Source: Nitrosomonas sp.
GTDB lineage: Bacteria > Pseudomonadota > Gammaproteobacteria > Burkholderiales > Nitrosomonadaceae
Assembly (NCBI RefSeq): GCF_019635155.1
Contig: NZ_JAHBZY010000005.1
Location: 24,023-88,022, forward strand
Length of the DNA: 64,000 bases
Reading direction: 5' to 3'
The translations under genes and the position numbers were made by a program. The notes beneath the pieces are model-generated. The model was not told where the DNA came from. It saw only the letters and a program-made list of their open reading frames with translations, and made no database searches. How positions within the stretch are numbered: position 1 is the stretch's first letter; every line of letters begins with the position of its first letter. Below, piece by piece: positions 52,565 to 61,369 of this stretch.

Positions 52565-53830
52565 TTAATTCCTTAACTGACCATCACCCAACACGATGAA
52601 TTTTTGACTGGTCAGGCCTTCGAGACCGACCGGTCCGCGCGCATGGATTTTATCGGTGGAAATCCCAATTTCGGCACCCAGTCCGTATTCAAATCCATCT
52701 GCGAAACGGGTGGTGGTATTGACCATCACCGAACTGGAATCGACCTCCCGGAGAAAACGCCGTGCTTTGGTGTAGTTTTCGGTTACGATGGCGTCGGTAT
52801 GTTGTGAGCCGTATTGGGTGATGTGATCGATCGCCTGATCCAAACTTTCGACAATGCGTATACTCAGAATCGGCCCTAAATACTCTTCATACCAATCGGT
52901 CTCGGTGGCTTCTTTTATTTGTGGAATAATGCGGCGAGCTGTTTCGTCGCCGCGTAATTCAACACCTTTGTCGAAATAGATTTTGCACAATGGCGGTAGA
53001 ATTGTAGGCGCCATACTTTGATGAATCAGTAACGTTTCCATGGTATTGCAGGTGCCATAACGCTGCGTTTTAGCATTGTCCGCTATGCGGATCGCTTTGT
53101 CGAAGTCGGCCTGATCGTCAATATAAACATGACAAACACCGTCCAAATGTTTGATAACCGGAATTCGCGCTTCATTGGCGATGCGTTCGATCAAGCCTTT
53201 GCCGCCGCGTGGCACGATCACATCGACAAAATCTTTCATCGTAATCAATTCTCCGACTGCTGCGCGATCGGTGGTTTCAATCACTTGCACGGCGGTTTCC
53301 GGTAATCCGGCAAGCCGCAATCCTTCTTTTACGCAGACTGCAATTGCCTGATTGCTATGAATCGCTTCCGATCCGCCACGCAGAATCGCCGCGTTACCTG
53401 CTTTTAAGCACAAACCGGCTGCATCGGCGGTTACATTCGGGCGGGCTTCGTAAATAATACCGATGACCCCTAAAGGAACGCGCATTTTCCCGACTTGTAT
53501 TCCGGACGGGCGGTAATTCAAGCCACTGATTTCACCGACCGGATCCGCCAGAGCGGCGATTTGTAACAACCCTTCGGCCATGGTCGCGATGTTTTTGGAT
53601 GATAGAGTTAAGCGGTCGATCATCGAAGCTTCCAAACCTTTTGCGCGTGCGTTATCCAAATCTTTGGCATTGGCGGCTATTAAGGCGGATTCATCGCGGC
53701 GGATGGCATTGGCCATTGCTGTCAATGCTTGATTCTTAGCTGCTGTTTCGGCTTTGGCGATTTGCCGCGATGCTGCGCGCGCTTTTTGGCCGACGATTTG
53801 CATATAACTTTTGATATCAGAAGTGTCCAT
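52565..53830 (-). CDS. proA: Glutamate-5-semialdehyde dehydrogenase (gamma-glutamyl phosphate reductase)
   Basis: Aldehyde dehydrogenase fold with VIIPRGG and [10 protein letters not shown] (catalytic Cys), plus typical ProA N- and C-termini. Confidence 0.95.
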   Translation of the reverse strand: MDTSDIKSYMQIVGQKARAASRQIAKAETAAKNQALTAMANAIRRDESALIAANAKDLDNARAKGLEASMIDRLTLSSKNIATMAEGLLQIAALADPVGEISGLNYRPSGIQVGKMRVPLGVIGIIYEARPNVTADAAGLCLKAGNAAILRGGSEAIHSNQAIAVCVKEGLRLAGLPETAVQVIETTDRAAVGELITMKDFVDVIVPRGGKGLIERIANEARIPVIKHLDGVCHVYIDDQADFDKAIRIADNAKTQRYGTCNTMETLLIHQSMAPTILPPLCKIYFDKGVELRGDETARRIIPQIKEATETDWYEEYLGPILSIRIVESLDQAIDHITQYGSQHTDAIVTENYTKARRFLREVDSSSVMVNTTTRFADGFEYGLGAEIGISTDKIHARGPVGLEGLTSQKFIVLGDGQLRN

Positions 53831-53860
53831 GGGTTTAATTTTTAGGCTGTCAATATCGAT

Positions 53861-54018
53861 TTGCTAAGGAAACACTGAGTAATTGACTATACGAGTGCAT
53901 CACTTCGTTGCACGGTACTCGTTTCCTCGCCTATCTTATTGATAGATCCCAGTTGCTGCGTTCCGTGCGTCTCGTACTTCATCTTGTCTATCAAATTAAT
54001 CAGTGTTTTCCCTAGCAA
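53861..54018. repeat. 158-bp MITE-like palindromic element with terminal inverted repeats of about 27 bp
   Basis: Left end TTGCTAAGGAAACACTGAGTAATTGA versus the reverse complement of the right end TTGCTAGGGAAAACACTGATTAATTTGA (2 mismatches, 2 single-base indels). The interior is also partly self-complementary (TACGAG, GCACGG, CTATC/GATAG). Confidence 0.4.
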
Positions 54019-54438
54019 GGTTCATAGTAGGGAATTATAGTACAAGATGCGGATTTTATTGCATGCGGCGATGTGCTTGGGTAAGGATAAATCCGTATCG
54101 GCTGAGACTGCAGAGAAGAATAGCTTGCCGGATGCAATGATGTAATGTGCTCAATCTTTTTTCAGTTTTATCATCCATGTTTTTTTGAGAATAGCATCGG
54201 AAATTCCTGCTAATTCATGGAAATGAATCTTTCTTTCCGGCTACGGCTATCAGTACTTTCGGAAATAATGGGTAAAACGGGTTCTATTCTCAGTTATTAA
54301 AATGACTGCCGACATTATGATTCGCCAGAGCAGAAATCTATCCCGGTTATTCGACCGAGAAATATTCTATGAATTAATCAGATGGAATTTTTGCTCAATC
54401 TCTGAAAGTTTAATCCACCTTATCTCAGTGAGGAAAAA

Positions 54439-55611
54439 ATGAGTCATCAGCTTTTCAAACTTATTCGAACCACAATTTTTCTTGGTGGAATTTCTGCAGT
54501 TTCAGTACCGGCTGCTGCAGCGACAGATTGGTCTATTGTAGGTTTAGGAACGCTTAGCGGCACATACAGTGTCGCTCGAGCCATCAATGACTACGGGCAG
54601 GTGGTGGGTAACGGTAATGGTGTCGATCTCGCATTTATTACCGGTGCAAACGGCGTCGGTATGCACTATTTGGATACTCTGGGTGGTACTAGAAGCTTTG
54701 CGTTTGATATTAATAATTCCGGACAAGTGGCCGGCTATTCTTCGACAAGTTCCGGCTATCTTCACGCCTTTATTACGGGTGCAAACGGGGTAGGTATGAT
54801 GGATCTGGGAACACTGGGAGGGGATTACAGCATTGCATACGGTATCAACGACCAGGGGCAGGTGGTCGGCATCTCTTCCACCGAGGGTAATGCTGCTTAT
54901 CATGCGTTTATTACAGGTCCCGGCGGCGTGGGAATGACCGATTTAGGAACATTGGGTGGAGACTATAGTGTTGCTTACGGTATCAATAATTCTGGAGAAG
55001 TGGTGGGTGCTTCCACCATTGGAGATGGTGCCACGCAACACGCTTTTATATCGGGCGCCCATGGTACGGGAATGGTCGATCTCAGTACGCTGAACGGGAC
55101 GACCGATAGTTTGGCCTGGGATATTAATAACTCGGGGCAGGTTGTGGGGTTTTCCGGGTTTTACGATGACTTCTTCGGTTATTATTCGGTAAAAGCTTTT
55201 ATTACCGATGCTGGTGGCGCCAGTATGGACGGCTTGGAAATTTCGCAGGATAGCCGAGCGAATGCCATCAACGATTTGGGGCAGGTAGTTGGTGGCATTA
55301 ATCAGTACTGTAGCGATTGTACTCCCAGTTCATTTCTCTACAGCGATGGAACAGTGACCGATCTCTCGTTACTTGAGCCGGTTGTTGCGGCAGGATGGAG
55401 CGAATTGACTGCCGTCGGCATTAATAATCATGGACAAATCATTGGTTGGGGGCAATTGGCCGGATCGCCAGGAGGTGGTTCCCGGGCTTTCTTGCTATCC
55501 CCGGTTGTTGCAGTACCGGAGCCTGAAACTTACATGATGTTATTGGCAGGTTTGGGGTTGCTAAGTTTTGCATGGCGGCGCGAGGGAAAGCAATCACCCT
55601 TCCAGCGATAA
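54439..55611 (+). CDS. HAF-family extracellular repeat protein with a PEP-CTERM anchor
   Basis: A signal peptide; about 7 tandem units of about 45 aa (HAFITGANGVGM.DLGTLGG.YS.A.GIN..GQVVG); C-terminus VPEPETYMMLLAGLGLLSFAWRR. Confidence 0.85.
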   Translation: MSHQLFKLIRTTIFLGGISAVSVPAAAATDWSIVGLGTLSGTYSVARAINDYGQVVGNGNGVDLAFITGANGVGMHYLDTLGGTRSFAFDINNSGQVAGYSSTSSGYLHAFITGANGVGMMDLGTLGGDYSIAYGINDQGQVVGISSTEGNAAYHAFITGPGGVGMTDLGTLGGDYSVAYGINNSGEVVGASTIGDGATQHAFISGAHGTGMVDLSTLNGTTDSLAWDINNSGQVVGFSGFYDDFFGYYSVKAFITDAGGASMDGLEISQDSRANAINDLGQVVGGINQYCSDCTPSSFLYSDGTVTDLSLLEPVVAAGWSELTAVGINNHGQIIGWGQLAGSPGGGSRAFLLSPVVAVPEPETYMMLLAGLGLLSFAWRREGKQSPFQR

Positions 55612-55710
55612 CCGCGACGCAATTAATTTTGCGATAAAGACTCGATGAGCTGAGGTCGCCCAGAGCGATCACTCAAGCTCATTGGGGTTTTCTGAAATTT
55701 TATGCCTTGA

Positions 55711-56361
55711 CTATCGATCCGGCTGATTGCCTATCTCATGCCTGATTGTGGACAAAGCCTGAATACCCGCATTGAAAGTTTTGATTTCCGAACGATCAAG
55801 TAGCACGCACGGTTTTTGTGTGTATCTGCAAAAGCGTTTGACCATCAGGAATGCTTCGTGATTGACGCAATCGACCGGGCAAATGATCATATCGGCCATC
55901 TCCAGCAACAGTGGCAAACGATCCAACGAATCATTGGCATCGCCGTGAAATGCTAAAAAATGGCCTCCGCAAGTGGCAACTAATCGCTCATAGTACGAAT
56001 ATAGTTTGATACGACCGCCAACGCATAATACGGAACGGTTTTTCAAATGGGCAGTGTCACAATAATGATCCCACACATCGTTTGAGTTGCCGGCAATCGC
56101 TGTATTAATTTTCGAGGATGCTTTGATCAATGGCGCCCAGCCGGTAAAAGCGGAGGTCTTATGTGCGCTTGAATCATCATCAATATTGGTTATTAATACC
56201 TGGCCTAAACCATCGTACCATTGCTTGAGCAGTGTAAACAGCCGCGTAACGCTACCCAGTCGATAAGATAAAAAACTATTTGCATGCGTTGAATTTGAAG
56301 CATGATAATGAGGAGCGGTGCACAGCGAAGCGGCAATAACCGATTTATTGATGAATTTCAT
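55711..56361 (-). CDS. DUF2325-type protein (C-terminal domain); function unknown
   Basis: The C-terminal block VLCVGGR....Y......GG.F..H.G........L......AD.IICPVDCVNH.A matches my recollection of DUF2325. It lies downstream of bfr on the same strand. Confidence 0.55.
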   Translation of the reverse strand: MKFINKSVIAASLCTAPHYHASNSTHANSFLSYRLGSVTRLFTLLKQWYDGLGQVLITNIDDDSSAHKTSAFTGWAPLIKASSKINTAIAGNSNDVWDHYCDTAHLKNRSVLCVGGRIKLYSYYERLVATCGGHFLAFHGDANDSLDRLPLLLEMADMIICPVDCVNHEAFLMVKRFCRYTQKPCVLLDRSEIKTFNAGIQALSTIRHEIGNQPDR

Positions 56362-56485
56362 TTTCGAGTCTCCTACAAATCATCAGCAACTAAAAAAAGC
56401 GGCTGGCTGACCCGGGAGAAGCAGGCTGGCTGGCTAAATACGCCGCTGGATAAGGAAGAGGAATTCCAGCGGCGATGGCAAAAAA

Positions 56486-56950
56486 CTACATCTGGCTTTG
56501 CAGCCAATTATGGATACCGACTTTTTCCATGACGCTCAGTTGGGTTTCCAACCAGTCGATATGTTCTTCGGTATCCTCTAGAATCTGTTCAAAAATTTCC
56601 CTTGATACAAAATCTTGTGCGGATTCACAAGCGGCTATTGCAGCGAGCAACGTGTCCCGCGAGATATACTCAAGCTTCAAGTCGCATGCGACACACTCTT
56701 CCGCTGTTTCCCCAATCATCAATTTACCCAAATCTTGCAGATTGGGAAGGCCTTCTAATAGAAGGATTCTTTCGATCAAACTATCCGCATGTTTCATCTC
56801 TTCGCAGGATTCTTTAAATTCATGCTCTCCAAGGCTGCTAAATCCCCAATTTTTATACATGCGAGCGTGGAGGAAATATTGATTGATGGCGGTTAATTCA
56901 TGTTGCAATTGCAGATTCAACCAGCGAATAATTTCTACATTACCTTTCAT
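56486..56950 (-). CDS. bfr: Bacterioferritin
   Basis: [37 protein letters not shown] is near-collinear with E. coli Bfr, including the haem-ligand Met and the ferroxidase Glu/His. GAGGAG lies 7 nt upstream of the ATG at 56950. Confidence 0.95.
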   Translation of the reverse strand: MKGNVEIIRWLNLQLQHELTAINQYFLHARMYKNWGFSSLGEHEFKESCEEMKHADSLIERILLLEGLPNLQDLGKLMIGETAEECVACDLKLEYISRDTLLAAIAACESAQDFVSREIFEQILEDTEEHIDWLETQLSVMEKVGIHNWLQSQM

Positions 56951-57170
56951 TTCTATCTCCTCAGACAAGTCTTTTGCATATCAATGGCTGTATCGGAAAA
57001 TATATCGCGCAGGTATTGTATTTTAGCTTTCTCAATCCAATTGCTTGTATTGTGATGAGCAGCATACCTTGCATGAATCTTTATCATGCACTCGTAAATC
57101 TGACTTTACGAAGAGCGATACCACTAACAACTTACAAGCATAAATATACATGATATGTGCTTTTAATCCA

Positions 57171-57356
57171 CTATTTGTTCAGAATCAGCTTGCCATTTCG
57201 TGTGCGGCGCAGTGCATATTGTTCACCCCTGTGCACAATGATCACAACATCGCCATGTTTGAATAACGTATCGCTATCGATGAGTTTGTTTATTTCCACT
57301 ATTCCGGATTGCGGTAAGCTTCTGGCGCTGATCTGTTGAGAACTTAAAGTATTCAT
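57171..57356 (-). CDS. hemP: Hemin-uptake protein HemP/HmuP family
   Basis: 61 aa. The C-terminal signature LFKHGDVVIIVHRGEQYALRRTRNGKLILNK is typical of HemP. Confidence 0.85.
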   Translation of the reverse strand: MNTLSSQQISARSLPQSGIVEINKLIDSDTLFKHGDVVIIVHRGEQYALRRTRNGKLILNK

Positions 57357-57374
57357 GATGTATTAATTGATGTA

Positions 57375-57396
57375 AATGAGAATGATTCTCATTATA
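57375..57396 (-). promoter_or_regulatory. Fur box upstream of hemP
   Basis: A perfect 19-bp palindrome, AATGAGAAT-G-ATTCTCATT (57375-57393). Read as hexamers, GAGAAT GATTCT CATTAT matches 15/18 of GATAAT GATAAT CATTAT. It lies 19-40 nt upstream of the hemP ATG. Confidence 0.65.
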
Positions 57397-57441
57397 TCTA
57401 CTTTCAATTAAAGTGCAAGTTTTTTTGTGATGTTGTGATGA

Positions 57442-57814
57442 AGTGAGATTACCATCATGATTAATAGCGATGGTATGGTGCTAGTGGTTGAGACCACTGT
57501 CGCTAATTGCCATGACAGTAAATCGCTTCTGGACTTGTTGGATAAAGCCAAAATCCAGTCAGCAGGAATCTATGTTTATGCCGTCAAATCCTATATCCTA
57601 TAGCAGCCAGAAACACCGCGATGCTTTGAAATCGTGCGGCATTAAAAACTGCATCCAGGATAAGGCTGCGAAAAATAATCCATTGATGCTACGAAAATTA
57701 CTGCTTAACAGTCTAATCACAAAGGCCTGCTATGTCGTTGAACGAACCTCCGTCAGCCAGGCACACATTAGTTCGATGTCAAGATACTGCGTCACAGGCG
57801 GCTTACCTCATTGA
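57442..57814 (+). mobile_element. Internal fragment of an IS5-family (DDE) transposase gene: a frameshifted pseudogene truncated at both ends
   Basis: Frame 1 (57442-57603) reads INSDGMVLVVETTVANCHDSKSLLDLLDKAKIQSAGIYVYAVKSYIL*. Frame 2 continues SQKHRDALKSCGIKNCIQDKAAKNNPLMLRKLLLNSLITKACYVVERT.. These resemble the IS5 C-terminal blocks (ADKGY, IQDKA.KN.PL, R..VE). I found no terminal inverted repeats. Confidence 0.7.
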
Positions 57815-57815
57815 A

Positions 57816-59363
57816 TTAAGGACAAGCAGGAGTGCCATCCGCTCGCAATTGCGCTGTGGCATGCCCCGATGCTGGAAACGGATTTAATCGACCGACTACT
57901 GGTGCGCCTTTCTCAGGTCGATCTAAGGTAGTGAGAGGGCCACTATCGTTTGTCAAAAAACAAAAATTTTCGAATGGTACAGGCACAGGATTCTTGTACT
58001 GACCAAAACGAGTGTTTTCAGGATATATATATTCGCTGACCGGTGCAGTATATTGACCAGAATTGAGTCTACCGACTTTAAAAGTGTCATGATTTTCGAT
58101 CCTAATACGCACTTCACGCGTAATAGGCAAGAAATTGGCTTTTGCCGGCAAAGTTACTCTTATGCGTCCTACTTGAGCCGTAGGACTTGGGGTAAGCGTG
58201 GTTAACGGTCGTTCATTTTCCACCCATTTATTTGTTGTGACATCAAACTGATAATTCAATACGAAAACCTTTACTCTTCGGGCTGGATCGGTAGTGAAAC
58301 CAACCAAACGAAATCGTGACGTCTCTTCCTGATCAATACCAGGAAATGGTTGACCTAAAGTACCAGAAATGGCTTCTTCGATAAAAACGTAGGCTGGATC
58401 TTCGTTAGGAGAGGTATAGATACCTAGTTTGGCGTGAATTGCATGAGCTGCGATGAACCAATTCCCGCTATTAGGTGTTTCTTCCGTTAGCATTCCGGAA
58501 TAGGTTATGAAATCTCCTTCCTGGAGTGGCATCTTTTTTTGGGGATCGCACTCTTTGTGCGGTATGGCGATAGGATCTATCGCAGCAACTTTACCACAAG
58601 TAAAACGACGAATAGTTAATGGAACCGGTCGATTGGATATAGGGCATAAATCATCTTTTTTAACCGATGGATTAGAGCGGGGAATACACATAGGAAAACC
58701 CGTTTCGGCAACAACCGGCGCATTGCCAGCATCGCTGGAAAAACGCTCATCCATAACATCGGGATTTCCTGGGAATTTATCTTTATTCTGATTCCCATAT
58801 TCTCCCTTCGGGTCATTGATACGCACGCGAGCAGTTGCAACGCCTGTGCCTGCTTCAGGGCCTACAAGCAATTCACCTTTGTCGTAGTCGATTGATTGAA
58901 TAAATCCCTCACCGACATTTAATCCTCCCTGGGATATGCGGACTACCCCTGCAATATATTCACCATTAACAATGTTACCGATAATCTCAGCTTCAAAAGA
59001 AACTGCTGGCGTGATAACAGGCGGGGATGCAGTTAAATTACGATCTTTGAGTGCTAAACCACTTGGCTTAGTTGCAGGCCTGATGGCCCCTCCCGTATCG
59101 AATGGATGAGATCCTCGGAATAGGTCGTTAAGCGTTAGGTACTGTCCAGGCATTGTAATTAGTAAATTTTTCGGGAGGGTAATGCGCAATCCATTGACGA
59201 CAATAAAACCCTTAGATAAAGGATCGTTAAGGTCGTCAACATCCAGTTCCTGAATATGGCCCAGCACACTAAAAGATGATGTAGGCACCTGCGCGAATGC
59301 CCAACCACTTGCGCAGTATATGATTGCAAACATTACAGATTGTAGCCAATGTTCCTTCTTCAT
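57816..59363 (-). CDS. Secreted 515-aa protein of unknown family (last gene of the operon)
   Basis: Signal peptide MKKEHWLQSVMFAIIYCASGWAFAQ. AAGGAGG lies 6 nt upstream of the ATG. Several spaced Cys residues follow the signal peptide. No motif recognised. Confidence 0.6.
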   Translation of the reverse strand: MKKEHWLQSVMFAIIYCASGWAFAQVPTSSFSVLGHIQELDVDDLNDPLSKGFIVVNGLRITLPKNLLITMPGQYLTLNDLFRGSHPFDTGGAIRPATKPSGLALKDRNLTASPPVITPAVSFEAEIIGNIVNGEYIAGVVRISQGGLNVGEGFIQSIDYDKGELLVGPEAGTGVATARVRINDPKGEYGNQNKDKFPGNPDVMDERFSSDAGNAPVVAETGFPMCIPRSNPSVKKDDLCPISNRPVPLTIRRFTCGKVAAIDPIAIPHKECDPQKKMPLQEGDFITYSGMLTEETPNSGNWFIAAHAIHAKLGIYTSPNEDPAYVFIEEAISGTLGQPFPGIDQEETSRFRLVGFTTDPARRVKVFVLNYQFDVTTNKWVENERPLTTLTPSPTAQVGRIRVTLPAKANFLPITREVRIRIENHDTFKVGRLNSGQYTAPVSEYIYPENTRFGQYKNPVPVPFENFCFLTNDSGPLTTLDRPEKGAPVVGRLNPFPASGHATAQLRADGTPACP

Positions 59364-59375
59364 TCTTAATCCTCC

Positions 59376-60791
59376 TTATTGCCAAATAAAACCCTCAGCC
59401 AGAGCGTGCCGGGCTTTAGGTGTGAATCGAACAGATAAACCAGGGATAGGTTCGAATTCCTGAGGATTATCTAGTACCGAAATTAATCGATCCTGGTCCA
59501 GGATTCGCCCAGAGCGTGCAATAGCTTCGGCTATCAATCCGATTGCAGCGTGACCCAGTGCGGTCCATAAATCCGTTGCTGCCAATACATGTTGAGGTAC
59601 CGGAAAAACTACGACTCGATTTGCGTGGTTAGCTTGAAGTGACGTACCTGAGATGCTTGCTAGTGTAGCCACGCATAGATGCAAAGTGTCTATGTCTAGC
59701 TGTGATCGTATACTCTCAATGTCGTCAGAAGGAAGTAAAAAGATCAATTTATCAGCCAAACGGGAATCAATCGTTTTCTTCAACTGCTGTTCAACCTGCG
59801 ATACATGAACCACTCGTAATGGTGGCTTATTATTTACCGAAGTATTCGAGAAAGCTCCACTAACCGGATTTATTGCTGGTAAATCCTTTTCGTTCACATA
59901 CCATATTTCACTGCCAAGATCTGAAGTACAGCGTTCCTGCAAAAGCGCTAGGGCCGATACAATTTGTTGTTGTACACTCGGCAGCAGATAAGTCGTCAAT
60001 CGATGGTGCTGAGTCGCAATCGGCATACCGATGGCACCGACGCTGGGAGTGTTGCTTGCAGTAAGAGCTTGTATCAAGCCATCGGATGGCTCAGCAAGCC
60101 AACTACCCACCAAGGCAAATATATCTTGCGATTGAATCAAATCGAGTGTGGCGGCATCTAGCCCATCGGTAGTTGCATCTACCGATTTTAATTGCAAGAC
60201 ACGCCCAAAAATCCCGCCTGTTGCATTAATTGCATTAATCCGTTGTTGCATTCCTTGCAGAATGGAATATCCTGCTGCTGCTTGCGTGCCGGTAAGTGGT
60301 AAAACGGTACCTAGAATAATTGTATCGGCAGACACCCCACGTACAGGAACTGCCTCAGTTCCAATTATCCGCAGATATTCAATCAGTGCATCACGTTCTG
60401 AATTGGTCAACATGAATCGCGGCATGCTTTCAGTCAGCAAAGTGTCATTTGTCCGTGCGATTCCTTTCTCAATTGCACTAAGGATTTGCTGTGCCGAATC
60501 ATAACCTGGAAGATTTGAACGTTTATTCGTTAATGAGTGCCATTGAACGGATGGTGCAATAATGCCGCCTTCCACACGTCCCTCTCCATGTGATCCATGA
60601 CAAGCTGAGCAATGTGCATCGCTCAACGGTATTGTTACACCCGCAACCTGAGGAGCATGAGTGAAAGGGTGTTTTCCTTCATAAAGTGCGCGCCCAAGCT
60701 TGATTTCATCAGTAATGTTTGCTGCTAATGTGACAGAACAAGCTATAAGCAAAGTACTTAAGATACCTAAGCGCTGGATTTGAGGTTTCAT
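59376..60791 (-). CDS. Mono-haem cytochrome c domain fused to a type-1 periplasmic binding protein (LivK/Amide-receptor-like) domain
   Basis: A signal peptide, CSACH haem-binding motif and a distal MP (ESMPRF). From about residue 150 it shows a PBP1 pattern (IILGTVLPLTGTQAAAGYSILQGMQQRINAINATGGIFGRVLQLKSVD). The ATG at 60791 shares its A with the SCO1 stop (TGATG); GTG at 60794 is the alternative. Confidence 0.72.
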   Translation of the reverse strand: MKPQIQRLGILSTLLIACSVTLAANITDEIKLGRALYEGKHPFTHAPQVAGVTIPLSDAHCSACHGSHGEGRVEGGIIAPSVQWHSLTNKRSNLPGYDSAQQILSAIEKGIARTNDTLLTESMPRFMLTNSERDALIEYLRIIGTEAVPVRGVSADTIILGTVLPLTGTQAAAGYSILQGMQQRINAINATGGIFGRVLQLKSVDATTDGLDAATLDLIQSQDIFALVGSWLAEPSDGLIQALTASNTPSVGAIGMPIATQHHRLTTYLLPSVQQQIVSALALLQERCTSDLGSEIWYVNEKDLPAINPVSGAFSNTSVNNKPPLRVVHVSQVEQQLKKTIDSRLADKLIFLLPSDDIESIRSQLDIDTLHLCVATLASISGTSLQANHANRVVVFPVPQHVLAATDLWTALGHAAIGLIAEAIARSGRILDQDRLISVLDNPQEFEPIPGLSVRFTPKARHALAEGFIWQ

Positions 60792-61369
60792 CACTGCGCT
60801 ACCTCTCGGACTAATCTTGATAGTACATCAGGACCATTGAGAGCTGCGACACGCATCCAGCGTTTGTTTGGTTGATAACCGATCCAAATCATTCCTGTAT
60901 GAGAATCAGCCGCATAACCACGTTCACCAAATGCACGCATGATACGACGCACCTGTTGCGGTGTGCCTGTCAGAAAAACCCAGCCGTTATTAATCCCTGT
61001 TTTTACGTCGAAACGTTGAGCATAATTACGCAGTCGGGAGGGATTGTCAGTTAATGGATCAACTGTGATCGAAATGAAGAGTATTTTGTCTTTGACATCG
61101 GTAACATTCACAGCGTCCATTGTTGCACGAAGAATAGCTGTTTGCGGAGAACAGCTGCTGGTACAACTAGTAAACATAAAATTTACCAGCACTATATGTT
61201 CGTGAATGAGCTCATCCAATCGGACACTGTGGTTATCTTGATCTATAAGTTCTACTTTGGGTATAACAGGGGGTTCACTAACCCAAGTCGAAGCTATGGC
61301 AGCATTCTTTGTAAGCAGTACGAATACAATGAAGCACAGTAACGAATGATATTTAATCAGTTTGGGCAT
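60791..61369 (-). CDS. SCO1/SenC-family copper chaperone (thioredoxin fold)
   Basis: N-terminal membrane anchor/signal; VLVNFMFTSCTSSCSP (the CxxxC copper site); ISITVDPLTD; a downstream conserved His in DSHTGMIWIG. I prefer the ATG at 61369 (signal-like N-terminus) over the ORF-track 61531. Confidence 0.8.
   Translation of the reverse strand: MPKLIKYHSLLCFIVFVLLTKNAAIASTWVSEPPVIPKVELIDQDNHSVRLDELIHEHIVLVNFMFTSCTSSCSPQTAILRATMDAVNVTDVKDKILFISITVDPLTDNPSRLRNYAQRFDVKTGINNGWVFLTGTPQQVRRIMRAFGERGYAADSHTGMIWIGYQPNKRWMRVAALNGPDVLSRLVREVAQ

Noticed and set aside
56475-56882. 135-aa plus-strand ORF opposite bfr, and 57157..57339 opposite hemP
   Set aside because: The opposite strands encode near-consensus Bfr and HemP. 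These ORFs are mirror-frame artefacts.
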